Assembly: GCA_000990355.1 (NCBI GenBank)
Contig: LBSX01000011.1
Location: forward strand, 1-63,794
Source of the DNA: Candidatus Magasanikbacteria bacterium GW2011_GWC2_37_14
GTDB taxonomy: Bacteria; Patescibacteriota; Patescibacteriia; Magasanikbacterales; UBA922
DNA length: 63,794 nucleotides
Direction of reading: 5' to 3'
The position numbers were made by a program, and so were the translations under genes. Within the stretch, counting starts at the first letter, position 1. Each line of letters begins with the position of its first letter. The notes below the pieces were generated by a model. That model made no database searches and was not told the origin of the DNA. It was given only the letters and a program-made list of their open reading frames with translations. Shown in pieces: positions 24,745-34,197 of the stretch.

Positions 24745-25161
24745 TTATTTATCAGCCACTATTTTTTTAAATTCTTCGTAATCTTCTATATAGTCAGAAC
24801 GATCGGGATTGTAATTTGTTGAACTTAGAGCCAATAACACCGCATCTGGTGAAAAATCTTTAAAATGATGCCAAACATAGGCTGGTACATACAAGGCAGA
24901 AGTTGGCGCAGTCATTTTAATTTCCTCCAAGCCATTTCCCCTATCAATTACGGCTGTACAAGTTCCACATTGTAAAATAAAAAATTCTTCTTCTACTTTG
25001 TGACAATGCGCCCCAGTAATATCCTTTGGTTCGGTAATAAAATACACACGCTTAACCTCAAAATCAATGTAGTCCTTTAATTCTATGGGACTCATGACAA
25101 ATTTTGACGTGTTGATTTTTTTAAGTTCAAATTTTTGGAATGTTTTCATAGGGTTTGTCAT
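24745..25161 (-). CDS. WxcM/FdtA-like cupin (dTDP-4-keto-6-deoxyhexose 3,4-ketoisomerase-like)
   Basis: KRVYFI..GAHCHKVEEEFFILQCGTC...YVPAYVWHHFKDFSPDAVLLALSS..Y...DYI.DYEEF matches the FdtA pattern. The first codons overlap a repeat, and M5 (25149) is an alternative start. Confidence 0.7.
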   Translation of the reverse strand: MTNPMKTFQKFELKKINTSKFVMSPIELKDYIDFEVKRVYFITEPKDITGAHCHKVEEEFFILQCGTCTAVIDRGNGLEEIKMTAPTSALYVPAYVWHHFKDFSPDAVLLALSSTNYNPDRSDYIEDYEEFKKIVADK

Positions 25162-25242
25162 TCCCGCGAAAGCGGGAATCTAAAAAATAATTACTGGATT
25201 CCTGCTGGAGTTTACACTCGTGTAAACGGGTGCAGGAATGAC
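25157..25242. repeat. Palindromic element (GTCATTCCCGCGAAAGCGGGAATC ... GGATTCCTGC..GCAGGAATGAC)
   Basis: Intergenic copy between the fdtA-like and rfbB genes. The first hairpin belongs to the CGTCAT(C/T)CCCGCG family. Confidence 0.7.
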
Positions 25243-25248
25243 AGTTGT

Positions 25249-26304
25249 TTAAGTAGCACTTTTCATTTTCTCATCAGAGCGAACCAAATTTTCTTGAAAT
25301 TTATTCATCTCATCTTTTTTCTTAGTACGTAATTTTTCTACCCACTCAGTATTGTTTTGATACCATTCTACAGTTTCTCGTAAACCTTGCTCAAATTTTT
25401 CTTGTGTGTAATCCGGAGTCCAACCTAAAGATTTTATTTTTGCAGCATCAATGGCATAACGACGATCATGGCCCGGACGATCCGTCACATATTCAATTCT
25501 GTCTTCTCCTAAACCCAAAATATTTAAAATCATCTTGGTTAATTCCAAATTACTGCGTTCATTGTCGGCGCCCACATTGTACACTTCGCCCGGCACACCT
25601 ACATGCAACATCAAATCCAAAGCTTTGGCATGGTCCATTACATGAATCCAATCGCGAACATTTAAACCATCACCATATACTGGTACTTTTTCTCCTTTTA
25701 ACAACTTAAAAATAAAAAAAGGAATTACTTTTTCAGGGAATTGAAATGAACCATAGTTATTGGAACAATGAGTCACCACCACTGGCACTTTGTGAGTAAC
25801 AAAATAAGCATTACACATTAAATCCCCTCCGGCTTTGGCCGCCGCATAAGGCATATTGGGCCAAATTGGCGTGCTCTCGGTAAATTCTCGGTCTTCATCC
25901 AATTCCAAGGCTCCATAAACTTCGTCGGTAGAAACATTAACAAATTTTTGTACGTTGTTAAATTTTACAGCATCTAAAATCATTTGTACTCCCAAAGTAT
26001 TAGTCAACACAAAATCTTTACAACCACCATGAATGGAACGATCCACATGAGTTTCGGCTGCAAAATTTATTACATGATCAGTCTTATTTTCTTGTATCAC
26101 TTCGTTTAATTTATCCAAATCGGTAATATCACCTTGAACAAATTTATAATTAGGATTATTCTCCACTTCTTTTAAATTATCCAAATTACCAGCATAAGTA
26201 AGCTTGTCAAAATTAACAATTTTGTAATCGCTGTATTTTTTTAACATGTAGCGAATAAAATTGCTACCAATAAATCCCGCCCCCCCACAAACTAGTAAAT
26301 TCAT
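25249..26304 (-). CDS. rfbB: dTDP-glucose 4,6-dehydratase
   Basis: Motifs MNLLVCGGAGFIGSNF, STDEVYG and YAAAKAG. Confidence 0.9.
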   Translation of the reverse strand: MNLLVCGGAGFIGSNFIRYMLKKYSDYKIVNFDKLTYAGNLDNLKEVENNPNYKFVQGDITDLDKLNEVIQENKTDHVINFAAETHVDRSIHGGCKDFVLTNTLGVQMILDAVKFNNVQKFVNVSTDEVYGALELDEDREFTESTPIWPNMPYAAAKAGGDLMCNAYFVTHKVPVVVTHCSNNYGSFQFPEKVIPFFIFKLLKGEKVPVYGDGLNVRDWIHVMDHAKALDLMLHVGVPGEVYNVGADNERSNLELTKMILNILGLGEDRIEYVTDRPGHDRRYAIDAAKIKSLGWTPDYTQEKFEQGLRETVEWYQNNTEWVEKLRTKKKDEMNKFQENLVRSDEKMKSAT

Positions 26305-26343
26305 AATGTTATAAAGTTTAATACCTGCCTGCCGGCAGGCAGG

Positions 26344-26883
26344 TTATTTATGTAAAAATTCATGATGCACCATGGCCCATGCTGCCATAGTCTGTCCGTC
26401 CCAAATCTCATTTTTATGCACCATTTCATCTACTTCATCTGGTCGGCGCAGTAAAATTTCAATTTGTTCAGTGTCATCTAATTCTTGATGACGCATTTCA
26501 TCTACTTCGGCTAAAAAAATATGTACTTGATCTTTTACAAATCCTGGCGAGGGTTGGAACATGCCTATTTTAACAAACTCATGAGCCAGACAACCGGTTT
26601 CTTCCAATAATTCTGCCTTGGCAGTATCCAAAGGAGTTTGATTTGATTTTATGCCACCTCCAGGAAAACCAATACATTCTTTGTCTTCTAAATAACGATA
26701 TTGACGAATTAAAACCAAACGTCCATCTTCCAAAACTGGCACAACCATAGAAAAGCCTGGAGTTTCACCATAAAAAAAATCACCTGGTTCACCATTGGGT
26801 TTCTCATAAACATCACGTTTATATTTCCACCAAGGATTTTCACCCAAAATTTCTTCGGAGATTTTTTTTAAATGTTTGTTCAT
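26344..26883 (-). CDS. NUDIX hydrolase
   Basis: Nudix box GGGIKSNQTPLDTAKAELLEETG. Confidence 0.85.
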   Translation of the reverse strand: MNKHLKKISEEILGENPWWKYKRDVYEKPNGEPGDFFYGETPGFSMVVPVLEDGRLVLIRQYRYLEDKECIGFPGGGIKSNQTPLDTAKAELLEETGCLAHEFVKIGMFQPSPGFVKDQVHIFLAEVDEMRHQELDDTEQIEILLRRPDEVDEMVHKNEIWDGQTMAAWAMVHHEFLHK

Positions 26884-26996
26884 AATCGACTGTCATGCTG
26901 AATCCTGAAATTAATTCAGGACAAGTACCATTTCAGCATCTTTCCATTGTATAATTTGCTAATAAAAATTAATTTATGAGAGATCCTGAAACGAGT

Positions 26997-27410
26997 TCAG
27001 GATGACTTTCCAAACAACTTCCACACTTCTTCAACCTTCAATTCTCCCGGATTTTTAATAATTGAATGTACACTACCACCACCATCCTTTTCCCAGCGTG
27101 GAAAAATATGCCAGTGTACATGGGGCACTACCTGACCGCCGGCTGGTTGGTCATTAATCCCTATATTAAAACCCGCTGGTTGTAAAACTGTTTGTAATTT
27201 CTCTTCCACCCTTTTTAACGCAACCGCCATTTTTTGCCATTCTTCTTCTGTCATTGCCGACAAATCCACAAAATGTTTTTTGGGAATAATTACTGTATGA
27301 CCTTTGCTATGAGGAAAAATATCCAAAAAAGCCAAAACAAAGTCATCTTCGTAGACCGTATAATTTGGCACTTCTTTATTAACAATTTTACAAAAAATAC
27401 AATTTTCCAT
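26997..27410 (-). CDS. HIT family hydrolase
   Basis: Histidine triad HVHWHIFPR and N-terminus CIFCKIV. Confidence 0.9.
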   Translation of the reverse strand: MENCIFCKIVNKEVPNYTVYEDDFVLAFLDIFPHSKGHTVIIPKKHFVDLSAMTEEEWQKMAVALKRVEEKLQTVLQPAGFNIGINDQPAGGQVVPHVHWHIFPRWEKDGGGSVHSIIKNPGELKVEEVWKLFGKSS

Positions 27411-27426
27411 ATAACAAAATATTACC

Positions 27427-29727
27427 TTATTTCGTATTCTTTTTCAAGTCTTCTTGCCAGACGAACAAATTACCAATTTCCACAGGCTGACTGCCAAACA
27501 ATTCACCATTCTTATGTCTTAAGTCTTCTGTCATCTGTCCGGATACAAACCAACAATTCTCTGACCTAGTTTTTTCATGTGCTAATTTTAAAATGCTTTC
27601 CCGAGGATTATTTAGCATTTCATTATACATAATAGTTAATTCTGGTTGTCCAAACTGAGCATCAATTGGAAATCCTCCACCCACAATTTGCTTGGCACTT
27701 ACGGCTTCTAGTGGCAACAAAACCCAGGTGTCGGCAAGGATACAATGCTCCATGTTTCCCTCCCCTACAAGGGGAGGGTTAGGTCTACCTGCCGACGAGG
27801 CAGGGTGGGTTTTCGTTTCATCATTCCAAAGATAATTCGCCACAGCCAATTCATCTTTACTTACCACTCTTGAATCTGGGCCACTAGCATAAGTAAAAGT
27901 TACAAACCAACTAAATATTATTACAAAAATAATCAAAATTATTTTTTTAAAATATTTAATATTTAATATTGAATATTTTGATATTTTTTCTATTAAAAAT
28001 ATTATTCCTTGAATAACAAAAATAATTAATAACAAAGATAGAACCATGTCCAATCTTCTGGTAAACAAGCGGTCACCATCTAAAACAAACCAACCAATTA
28101 AATAACCACCAAACACGGTAGAAAATAACAAACCAATAGTTTGAATTTTAGATTCTACATTTTTAAATATTTTATAAATACCTCCACCTACAAATAACCA
28201 CAAAATTATCATCGCCGGAATTAACCACCAACGCCAAACATTAAAAATATTACCCACAAAAGCGTAATCTGGTGTGTGATTAAAAATTAAATTACCACTT
28301 AAAATATCGTGAGGTCGTACAGCACTAGCCGTAAACCAACCACTAAATTGACCAAGCAGTTGTTTAAAATTTTGCCATAAATTAAAATTTTCTGGAGTAA
28401 AACTAATTTTACTTACAAGTTCAATAATGGGAATAATAAAAATACTAGCAAAAATCAGCACGGTCCAACTAATTTTATTTTTTAAACTATTTTCTTGATT
28501 ATGTTTTAAATAATTAACAATAAATCCAAATAAAACAAAAATCCAAGTTAAAATAAAATACAAAGAATAATTAAAAATCATCAAAACACTTAGGAACATT
28601 GCCAAACGTTTTTGCGAACGATAATGATCACGCCAATATTGTAGCCACAAAATTAACACAAAAAGAAAACCTAGAAAACCCAAACTTACTGGCAGAGTAA
28701 AACTTGCCATAGCTTGTAAAGGAAAGGGTAAAAATGACAACCAGACTAACCACAAACCTTTGCGCCGGGAATTAAAAATTAAAGAACCCAAACGATAAAA
28801 TAAAAACGGTGTAAACAAAGACCACAAAATTGGCATTAGCCACAGATTAATATTCAAAACACTTATACTCAATGTTTCACTAAGTAAAACTGTTGTCCCC
28901 CACAAATAACCATAACTATACTTATGCGGAATTAAAAAAGCCTCGGGCAAATCCACCCCCACTACCTCGCGCCATTTGGCTGATTCCCCTACCAACACTG
29001 GCAATTCCAATCCACCATTGATAATTTTATTTTCTACCGCCACGTGACGCCAAACATCCCCGCCCCAGGGGTTAAGATGCGACATTGGTAAATAAACATG
29101 CAATAAAAATGACTGAAAAACCAAAATCCAAAGTATTGTCCGCAAACTAAATTTTGAAAAAAGAAAAATCCCCGACAAAATTAAACTAACAAAAAATAAT
29201 GGTAAAAAATAAACGCTTATTTCTTGCCAAGGCGAAAGCAACACCCCGCTAGCTTGTTTAGAATGCAACACAAACAAAGCACCAATAAAAACTACCAAAT
29301 ACAAAATCAAAAACCAAAAAGGTTTACCAAATAAAATTATTTCTTCATTTTCACTTTCAAAACTATTTTCAGGTTCTTTAATTTTTTTCTTATTCAAATT
29401 ATAAAACAACAGACTTACAATTGCCGTTAAAATAAAGCACAGCCAAATTAAAAATGACGTCAGTGTATAATAAATTATAAAAATAGCGCTAAAAATTGCC
29501 AACAAATTAAAAACGGTAAACAAACTAAAAACTTTGTTTAGGATTTGCGTGTTGTTAATGGCCAATACTCGCCGCCAAATTGTTTGCCAATAAGGGACAA
29601 CAATAAACAAATAACAGATAACAGATAACAGGCCAACAAATAAGTTGTGCCAAAACAAAAGTTGGAAATACAACAAAAACAAAGTTACCAATAAACCCAA
29701 TAAACGCCAATATTTGCTTTGGAGCAT
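27427..29727 (-). CDS. Large polytopic membrane protein (766 aa), putative GT-C-type glycosyltransferase or polymerase
   Basis: More than 15 hydrophobic segments plus a C-terminal soluble domain. The function call is from context only. An in-frame repeat insertion (THPASSAGRPNPPLVGEGNMEH) is encoded at about 27757-27812. Confidence 0.45.
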   Translation of the reverse strand: MLQSKYWRLLGLLVTLFLLYFQLLFWHNLFVGLLSVICYLFIVVPYWQTIWRRVLAINNTQILNKVFSLFTVFNLLAIFSAIFIIYYTLTSFLIWLCFILTAIVSLLFYNLNKKKIKEPENSFESENEEIILFGKPFWFLILYLVVFIGALFVLHSKQASGVLLSPWQEISVYFLPLFFVSLILSGIFLFSKFSLRTILWILVFQSFLLHVYLPMSHLNPWGGDVWRHVAVENKIINGGLELPVLVGESAKWREVVGVDLPEAFLIPHKYSYGYLWGTTVLLSETLSISVLNINLWLMPILWSLFTPFLFYRLGSLIFNSRRKGLWLVWLSFLPFPLQAMASFTLPVSLGFLGFLFVLILWLQYWRDHYRSQKRLAMFLSVLMIFNYSLYFILTWIFVLFGFIVNYLKHNQENSLKNKISWTVLIFASIFIIPIIELVSKISFTPENFNLWQNFKQLLGQFSGWFTASAVRPHDILSGNLIFNHTPDYAFVGNIFNVWRWWLIPAMIILWLFVGGGIYKIFKNVESKIQTIGLLFSTVFGGYLIGWFVLDGDRLFTRRLDMVLSLLLIIFVIQGIIFLIEKISKYSILNIKYFKKIILIIFVIIFSWFVTFTYASGPDSRVVSKDELAVANYLWNDETKTHPASSAGRPNPPLVGEGNMEHCILADTWVLLPLEAVSAKQIVGGGFPIDAQFGQPELTIMYNEMLNNPRESILKLAHEKTRSENCWFVSGQMTEDLRHKNGELFGSQPVEIGNLFVWQEDLKKNTK

Positions 29728-29750
29728 AATTTAAGCTAAAATAGCCTTAT

Positions 29751-31877
29751 ATGAATAGACTAATACTCAATGGCAAGTATATCATTTTATCTTTGCTAAT
29801 TACAACCCACACTATTTGGGCTATTCACAACCCACAAAGCGTGTATTGGGGCGTTACTGCCCTTTGTTTGTATTACTTGTTTTTTGGTTTTTATGCTGGA
29901 ATTTTTTTATTGCCGAAAGAAAACCGCTTTTGGAAAATGATTTTTGGCGCTTTAAGTACAATGTTTGTTCAAATAATTTTCTTAACCATTATTTATTGGT
30001 TTTACCAATTCAATGCCAATATTTTAATTGTCATCACAGTATTAATTCCAATTTTAATTGGCCTGCAAAAACAACAACCCGATGATATTTTTGCCAATGT
30101 TGAAAAAATCTTGGATTATGATTCTTATGTACAGGTAAAATCATATCTGGGTACAAAGTTCTTTTCTTTTTTGTTTATTTTATTTGATTTAGCTTTATTT
30201 TTTACGCTTTGGCAAAGACAATCCACGGACACAATTATTTCTCCTTGGAAATTAGTTGGTCCGCGCTTTTTTATTTTATTTTTTATAAGCACTTTGCTCT
30301 TGCTGTGGATCTTACAAAAATCCAAAGAAAAAGCCTGGAATGTCTTTTTAATTATTATTCATTCCTTATTAATTTTAAATGTTTGCCAAATTGTTTACGC
30401 TCTAGGCTTTGGTTTTGACCCAATTATCCATGAGTCTGCAGAAAAGTGGATCGCTCAAAATGGAGTAATTGCCCCCAAAGAGCCCTATTACTTGGGCCAA
30501 TATATGCTCGTTTTGACTTGGAATTTTATAAGTCATTTAAAAATTACTGCTTTGGACCAATATTTAGTTCCAATGATGTCGGGAATTATTTTGCCTTTAG
30601 TTTCGTATTTTTCTTTAAGTCGAACAAAATATGCCGACAAGCTTTTCCCGGCTTTGGCCTTAATTCCTTTATTACCTCTTTCTTTTTTAATCATGACTAC
30701 ACCCAATAACCTGGCCTTATTGTTATTTTTTATGGTAATTTTTTGGCTGTGGTACGAAGAAAGTCAAACAAATTCTCGCATTTGGATATTTTCTGTTTTA
30801 TTAATTATTGCCATTACTTTAATTCATCCGTTTATTGGCCTGCCGGCTGGTTTAATTTATTTACTTTATAAATTGTGGCAAAGAAATTCCTTAATAAGCT
30901 ACTTTGTGGGTGTTCCAAGTTTAATTGTAATTATTCCCTTAACACTCTATGCCAATGCCCTACGCTTGGGAGAAAGAATGATTTTAGGCAATCCGTTAAA
31001 TAATTTGAATAATTTTTTAAGTATTTTTAATTTTCCGCACTGGATTTGGCTGGATAAAGGAAATTTGGCTTGGCAAGCTTTGTATATTTATCGTCAAGCG
31101 ATTGTTGGCTTGTTTGTAATTGTCGCTGGCTATGGAATGTATTTAGCAATTAAAAAATATCAAGAAAAAATTACCTGGTTTTTAATAATGTTAATTCCTG
31201 GTTTATTTATTGGCGCCTTTGTACTAGCCACAGCAGTAAATTTTCCTGTCGTAATTTCTTATGAACAAAAAAGTTATGCCACTCGCCTCTTGCAAATGAT
31301 TTTAATTATTCTTTTGCCTTTTTTTATTATTGCTTTGCGAGAATTATTTATTATTATTAGAAAGAAAACTTTTTGGCAATTTTTTGTAGCTACATTTTTT
31401 GCCTTATTACTTTTAATTTCTTGGTATTTTACTTACCCTACTCGCGATCCAATTTCTTTTTATACTGGTTACAACATCCGCGCCGTTGATATTCAAACAA
31501 TACACTTTATAGATAATCGAAATAAGGGTGTAAAAGATTACATTGTGTTGAGCAATCAATATATTGCTGCGGCAGCTTTACGTGAATTTAGTTTTGCTAA
31601 ATATTTTGATACGGCCATTGGCCAAGAATATTTTTATTCCATTCCTACTGGTGGGCCACTCTACCAATATTTTCGCAAAATGGTTTACGAACAACCCAAA
31701 CGACAATGGATGGAAGAGGCTATGCGTTTTGCTGGAGTTAAAAAAGCTTATTTTGTGCACACCAATTACTGGGCGCCAGCTGGAGAAATCCGCGATGCCG
31801 CCAAATTGGAGGCCGATAAGTGGTGGGAGCTGGGCGAAGGTAGAACTTGGGTTTATGAATACGTTTTAGATAAGTAG
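29751..31877 (+). CDS. Large polytopic membrane protein (708 aa), putative GT-C-type glycosyltransferase or polymerase
   Basis: Divergent from 27427-29727 with a 23-nt spacer. Many transmembrane segments plus a C-terminal soluble domain. Confidence 0.45.
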   Translation: MNRLILNGKYIILSLLITTHTIWAIHNPQSVYWGVTALCLYYLFFGFYAGIFLLPKENRFWKMIFGALSTMFVQIIFLTIIYWFYQFNANILIVITVLIPILIGLQKQQPDDIFANVEKILDYDSYVQVKSYLGTKFFSFLFILFDLALFFTLWQRQSTDTIISPWKLVGPRFFILFFISTLLLLWILQKSKEKAWNVFLIIIHSLLILNVCQIVYALGFGFDPIIHESAEKWIAQNGVIAPKEPYYLGQYMLVLTWNFISHLKITALDQYLVPMMSGIILPLVSYFSLSRTKYADKLFPALALIPLLPLSFLIMTTPNNLALLLFFMVIFWLWYEESQTNSRIWIFSVLLIIAITLIHPFIGLPAGLIYLLYKLWQRNSLISYFVGVPSLIVIIPLTLYANALRLGERMILGNPLNNLNNFLSIFNFPHWIWLDKGNLAWQALYIYRQAIVGLFVIVAGYGMYLAIKKYQEKITWFLIMLIPGLFIGAFVLATAVNFPVVISYEQKSYATRLLQMILIILLPFFIIALRELFIIIRKKTFWQFFVATFFALLLLISWYFTYPTRDPISFYTGYNIRAVDIQTIHFIDNRNKGVKDYIVLSNQYIAAAALREFSFAKYFDTAIGQEYFYSIPTGGPLYQYFRKMVYEQPKRQWMEEAMRFAGVKKAYFVHTNYWAPAGEIRDAAKLEADKWWELGEGRTWVYEYVLDK

Positions 31878-31979
31878 AAGTATGTCCTGCCACAGCGGGA
31901 TCCCGCCTCATGGCGGGAGGTGTATGAGTACACATTGAGATAATTTTTAATTTATAATTTTAAATTTTTAAACAACTGT

Positions 31980-32495
31980 ATGCACGAAATTGATAAATTA
32001 AATGTTTGTATTCCAATAATTTCAGCAATTATTGAAAGACAACATGACGGCGAAACAGAAATTTTAGTACAAACCAGATGGAAACCAGAAAACGACCCAA
32101 AATATTCTGGGACTTTGGAAATCCCCGCGGGTTGGATTGATAGGTATGAAAATGTATATGATGCAGTAAAAAGAGAAGTTTTGGAAGAAACTGGTTTAAA
32201 TGTTGTAGAAATATTTCCAAATATAAAAACCAAAACACACTCCCCCAGCGGTGATGGCTCTTTTGCTTTTCAACCTTTTTGTTGCCAGCAACAAATTAAA
32301 GCTGGTAAACCGTGGATTGGTTTTGCTTTTATTTGTAAAGTAGAAGACAAAGAACCAAAAGCTAGAAAAGAAGAATGCAAAGATATTAAATGGCTTAAAA
32401 AATCTGAATTGAAAGAAATTTTTGAAAAAACTCCAGAAAAAATTTTTACTTTGCAACTTGGGGTTTTGGATTACTATTTTAATTATAAAAAATAA
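31980..32495 (+). CDS. NUDIX hydrolase
   Basis: Nudix box AGWIDRYENVYDAVKREVLEETGL. Confidence 0.8.
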   Translation: MHEIDKLNVCIPIISAIIERQHDGETEILVQTRWKPENDPKYSGTLEIPAGWIDRYENVYDAVKREVLEETGLNVVEIFPNIKTKTHSPSGDGSFAFQPFCCQQQIKAGKPWIGFAFICKVEDKEPKARKEECKDIKWLKKSELKEIFEKTPEKIFTLQLGVLDYYFNYKK

Positions 32496-32496
32496 T

Positions 32497-32880
32497 ATGG
32501 GTAGTCAAATAATCATCAACGACACTTTACAAATTACTACAGAACAAGGATTTCCTGTAGAAGTTTTAAATTTAGAAAAACATCAAAATTCACCAATTAC
32601 TTTGGCAGAGGTAGAAAATAAAATTTTTACTTTCCATAAATCTAGCGCCCGAATTTACCACACTCCCCCAACCCGCTGTTTTTTGGTGCAAAATATCAAT
32701 GGTAAATGGTTGTATTGGGGAAAGATTCTAATGCTGGAACAAACAATAACGAGTGACGATAATTATTCACAAACTACCACGGGAAAATATAAAATAATTG
32801 AAATTTATAATCCCGAATATCAAAAACAAATCACGCTTCACGAAACTCCAGAGGGGTTGAGTTATTTTTTAAAAGACTAA
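32497..32880 (+). CDS. Hypothetical protein (127 aa)
   Basis: ATG at 32497 lies 1 nt after the NUDIX stop, suggesting translational coupling. No motif recognised. Confidence 0.55.
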   Translation: MGSQIIINDTLQITTEQGFPVEVLNLEKHQNSPITLAEVENKIFTFHKSSARIYHTPPTRCFLVQNINGKWLYWGKILMLEQTITSDDNYSQTTTGKYKIIEIYNPEYQKQITLHETPEGLSYFLKD

Positions 32881-32890
32881 ATACACAAAC

Positions 32891-33016
32891 GTAAACCCTC
32901 CCCTCGTAGGGAGGTGTCCCGATTCGCATCGGGACGGTGGGGTTCGTTGTACTAACATGAACCCCCACCCTCCGACTGCGACGTCGGAGGACTCCCCCTA
33001 CGAGGGGGAGGTTTAC
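32891..33016. repeat. 126-nt G+C-rich cluster of palindromes that can fold as a four-way junction
   Basis: Outer about 20-bp helix GTAAACCCTCCCCTCGTAGGG with CCCTACGAGGGGGAGGTTTAC. Three abutting hairpins at 32916-32935, 32936-32969 and 32970-32989. The outer arms can alternatively form local hairpins. Confidence 0.6.
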
Positions 33017-33023
33017 CAAACAA

Positions 33024-33122
33024 AAAACCCCAGCTCCACTACGTTGCGCCGGGCAGGCTAGTAAACTTTGTTAAAAAGATAGTCTAGCTTGCCAGGCGCA
33101 GTGAAACGGAGACTGGGGTTTT
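33024..33122 (+). terminator. Extended imperfect hairpin with U-rich tail
   Basis: AAAACCCCAGCTCC pairs with GGAGACTGGGGTTTT, and GCGCCGGGCAGGCTAG pairs with CTAGCTTGCCAGGCGC. Followed by TTTTGTGTTTT. Confidence 0.4.
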
Positions 33123-33285
33123 GTGTTTTCAACTATTTATAATAATTTTATAAACACTTGAGTCACCCTTGGTCCTCCAAGGCCAAGGTGCTCCTAAGTT
33201 AATAGGAAAAGAACGAGAAAGAAAGAACGTGGATTATTTTGCCCCGGAGCTGGGGCACAAGGTGGGATGGGGAAAGGCCTTGTCG

Positions 33286-34197
33286 TCAGGGCTGTTGATC
33301 GCGTTCGACGCTGATCAAGGTCGGAGCGGCATCTTTGAGTTTGCCATCCCCGTATGCCTCGACAACCGTAGCCATAGGGAATCGATCTTGGTCTATCGGT
33401 AAGCGGTAATGAACGAGCACATAGTTGAACCCGACTATGTGAACTTGTTCCACGCTCGTCCGAAGCAAGATCTCGTCGGGGTTGTTTTTCCACAAGGTCA
33501 GCTGCCAATCGTGGTGACTGATGTTGTAAAATATTACCCCGTAGAAAAGCGTGGAGTTGTTGAGCACGATGACCGGTTGGCCGAGCAGGTTCTGGTCCAG
33601 GTCCACCCAGTCCAGGTCTCCGGGTTCGTTTTCGGGATTGCGCCGCGGAAGCTCGAGCACCATCTGCATTTCTTCTTTTTCGAACTTCCATAGGTAGTGC
33701 GAGGTCAAGGCGTAGACCTTGCCCTCGACCTCGTACCAAACGAGTACCCGCTCGTTCACGGGCAAGTTTTTCTCGTTGCCCGGGAATACACCTTTACACA
33801 TGGACCCAAACGACGACAAGGTGTAAAGTCGTTCAGCTTTGGGCAGCTCGATCCATTCGTTGTTGATCTCGAAATGGTCTTCGAACTTGTAGGTCATTTC
33901 TTGCGACACCTCGATCTTTTGGCCACTCTGCGTCGTGTAGGTCAAGATGCGGTAGAACCTGTCTGGAATTTGGCTGGCTCTGAGAACCACCGGTTCTCTG
34001 TTCCAATCCAGGTAAGTCATCACCGGCTTCAAGCGCCGGGGCACGACCCAGTTCGAGTTGTCCTTCGGGCCGTGCAAGGGCACGACCCAGGACTCGTTCT
34101 GGCCGGTCAGCTCGAAGCCGCGATTGACCATGGTCGAACCGCAGCCACCACACACCAGCGCCAAGCCCAGGATCACGAGCGCGACGAACGTCTTCAT
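33286..34197 (-). CDS. Orphan secreted/lipoprotein-like protein (303 aa) in a G+C-rich island
   Basis: GGAGG lies 5 nt before the ATG. Signal peptide MKTFVALVILGLALVCGGCG. 39/60 G+C at 33601-33660. Hairpin GCCCCAGCTCCGGGGC after the stop. No recognisable domain. Confidence 0.7.
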   Translation of the reverse strand: MKTFVALVILGLALVCGGCGSTMVNRGFELTGQNESWVVPLHGPKDNSNWVVPRRLKPVMTYLDWNREPVVLRASQIPDRFYRILTYTTQSGQKIEVSQEMTYKFEDHFEINNEWIELPKAERLYTLSSFGSMCKGVFPGNEKNLPVNERVLVWYEVEGKVYALTSHYLWKFEKEEMQMVLELPRRNPENEPGDLDWVDLDQNLLGQPVIVLNNSTLFYGVIFYNISHHDWQLTLWKNNPDEILLRTSVEQVHIVGFNYVLVHYRLPIDQDRFPMATVVEAYGDGKLKDAAPTLISVERDQQP

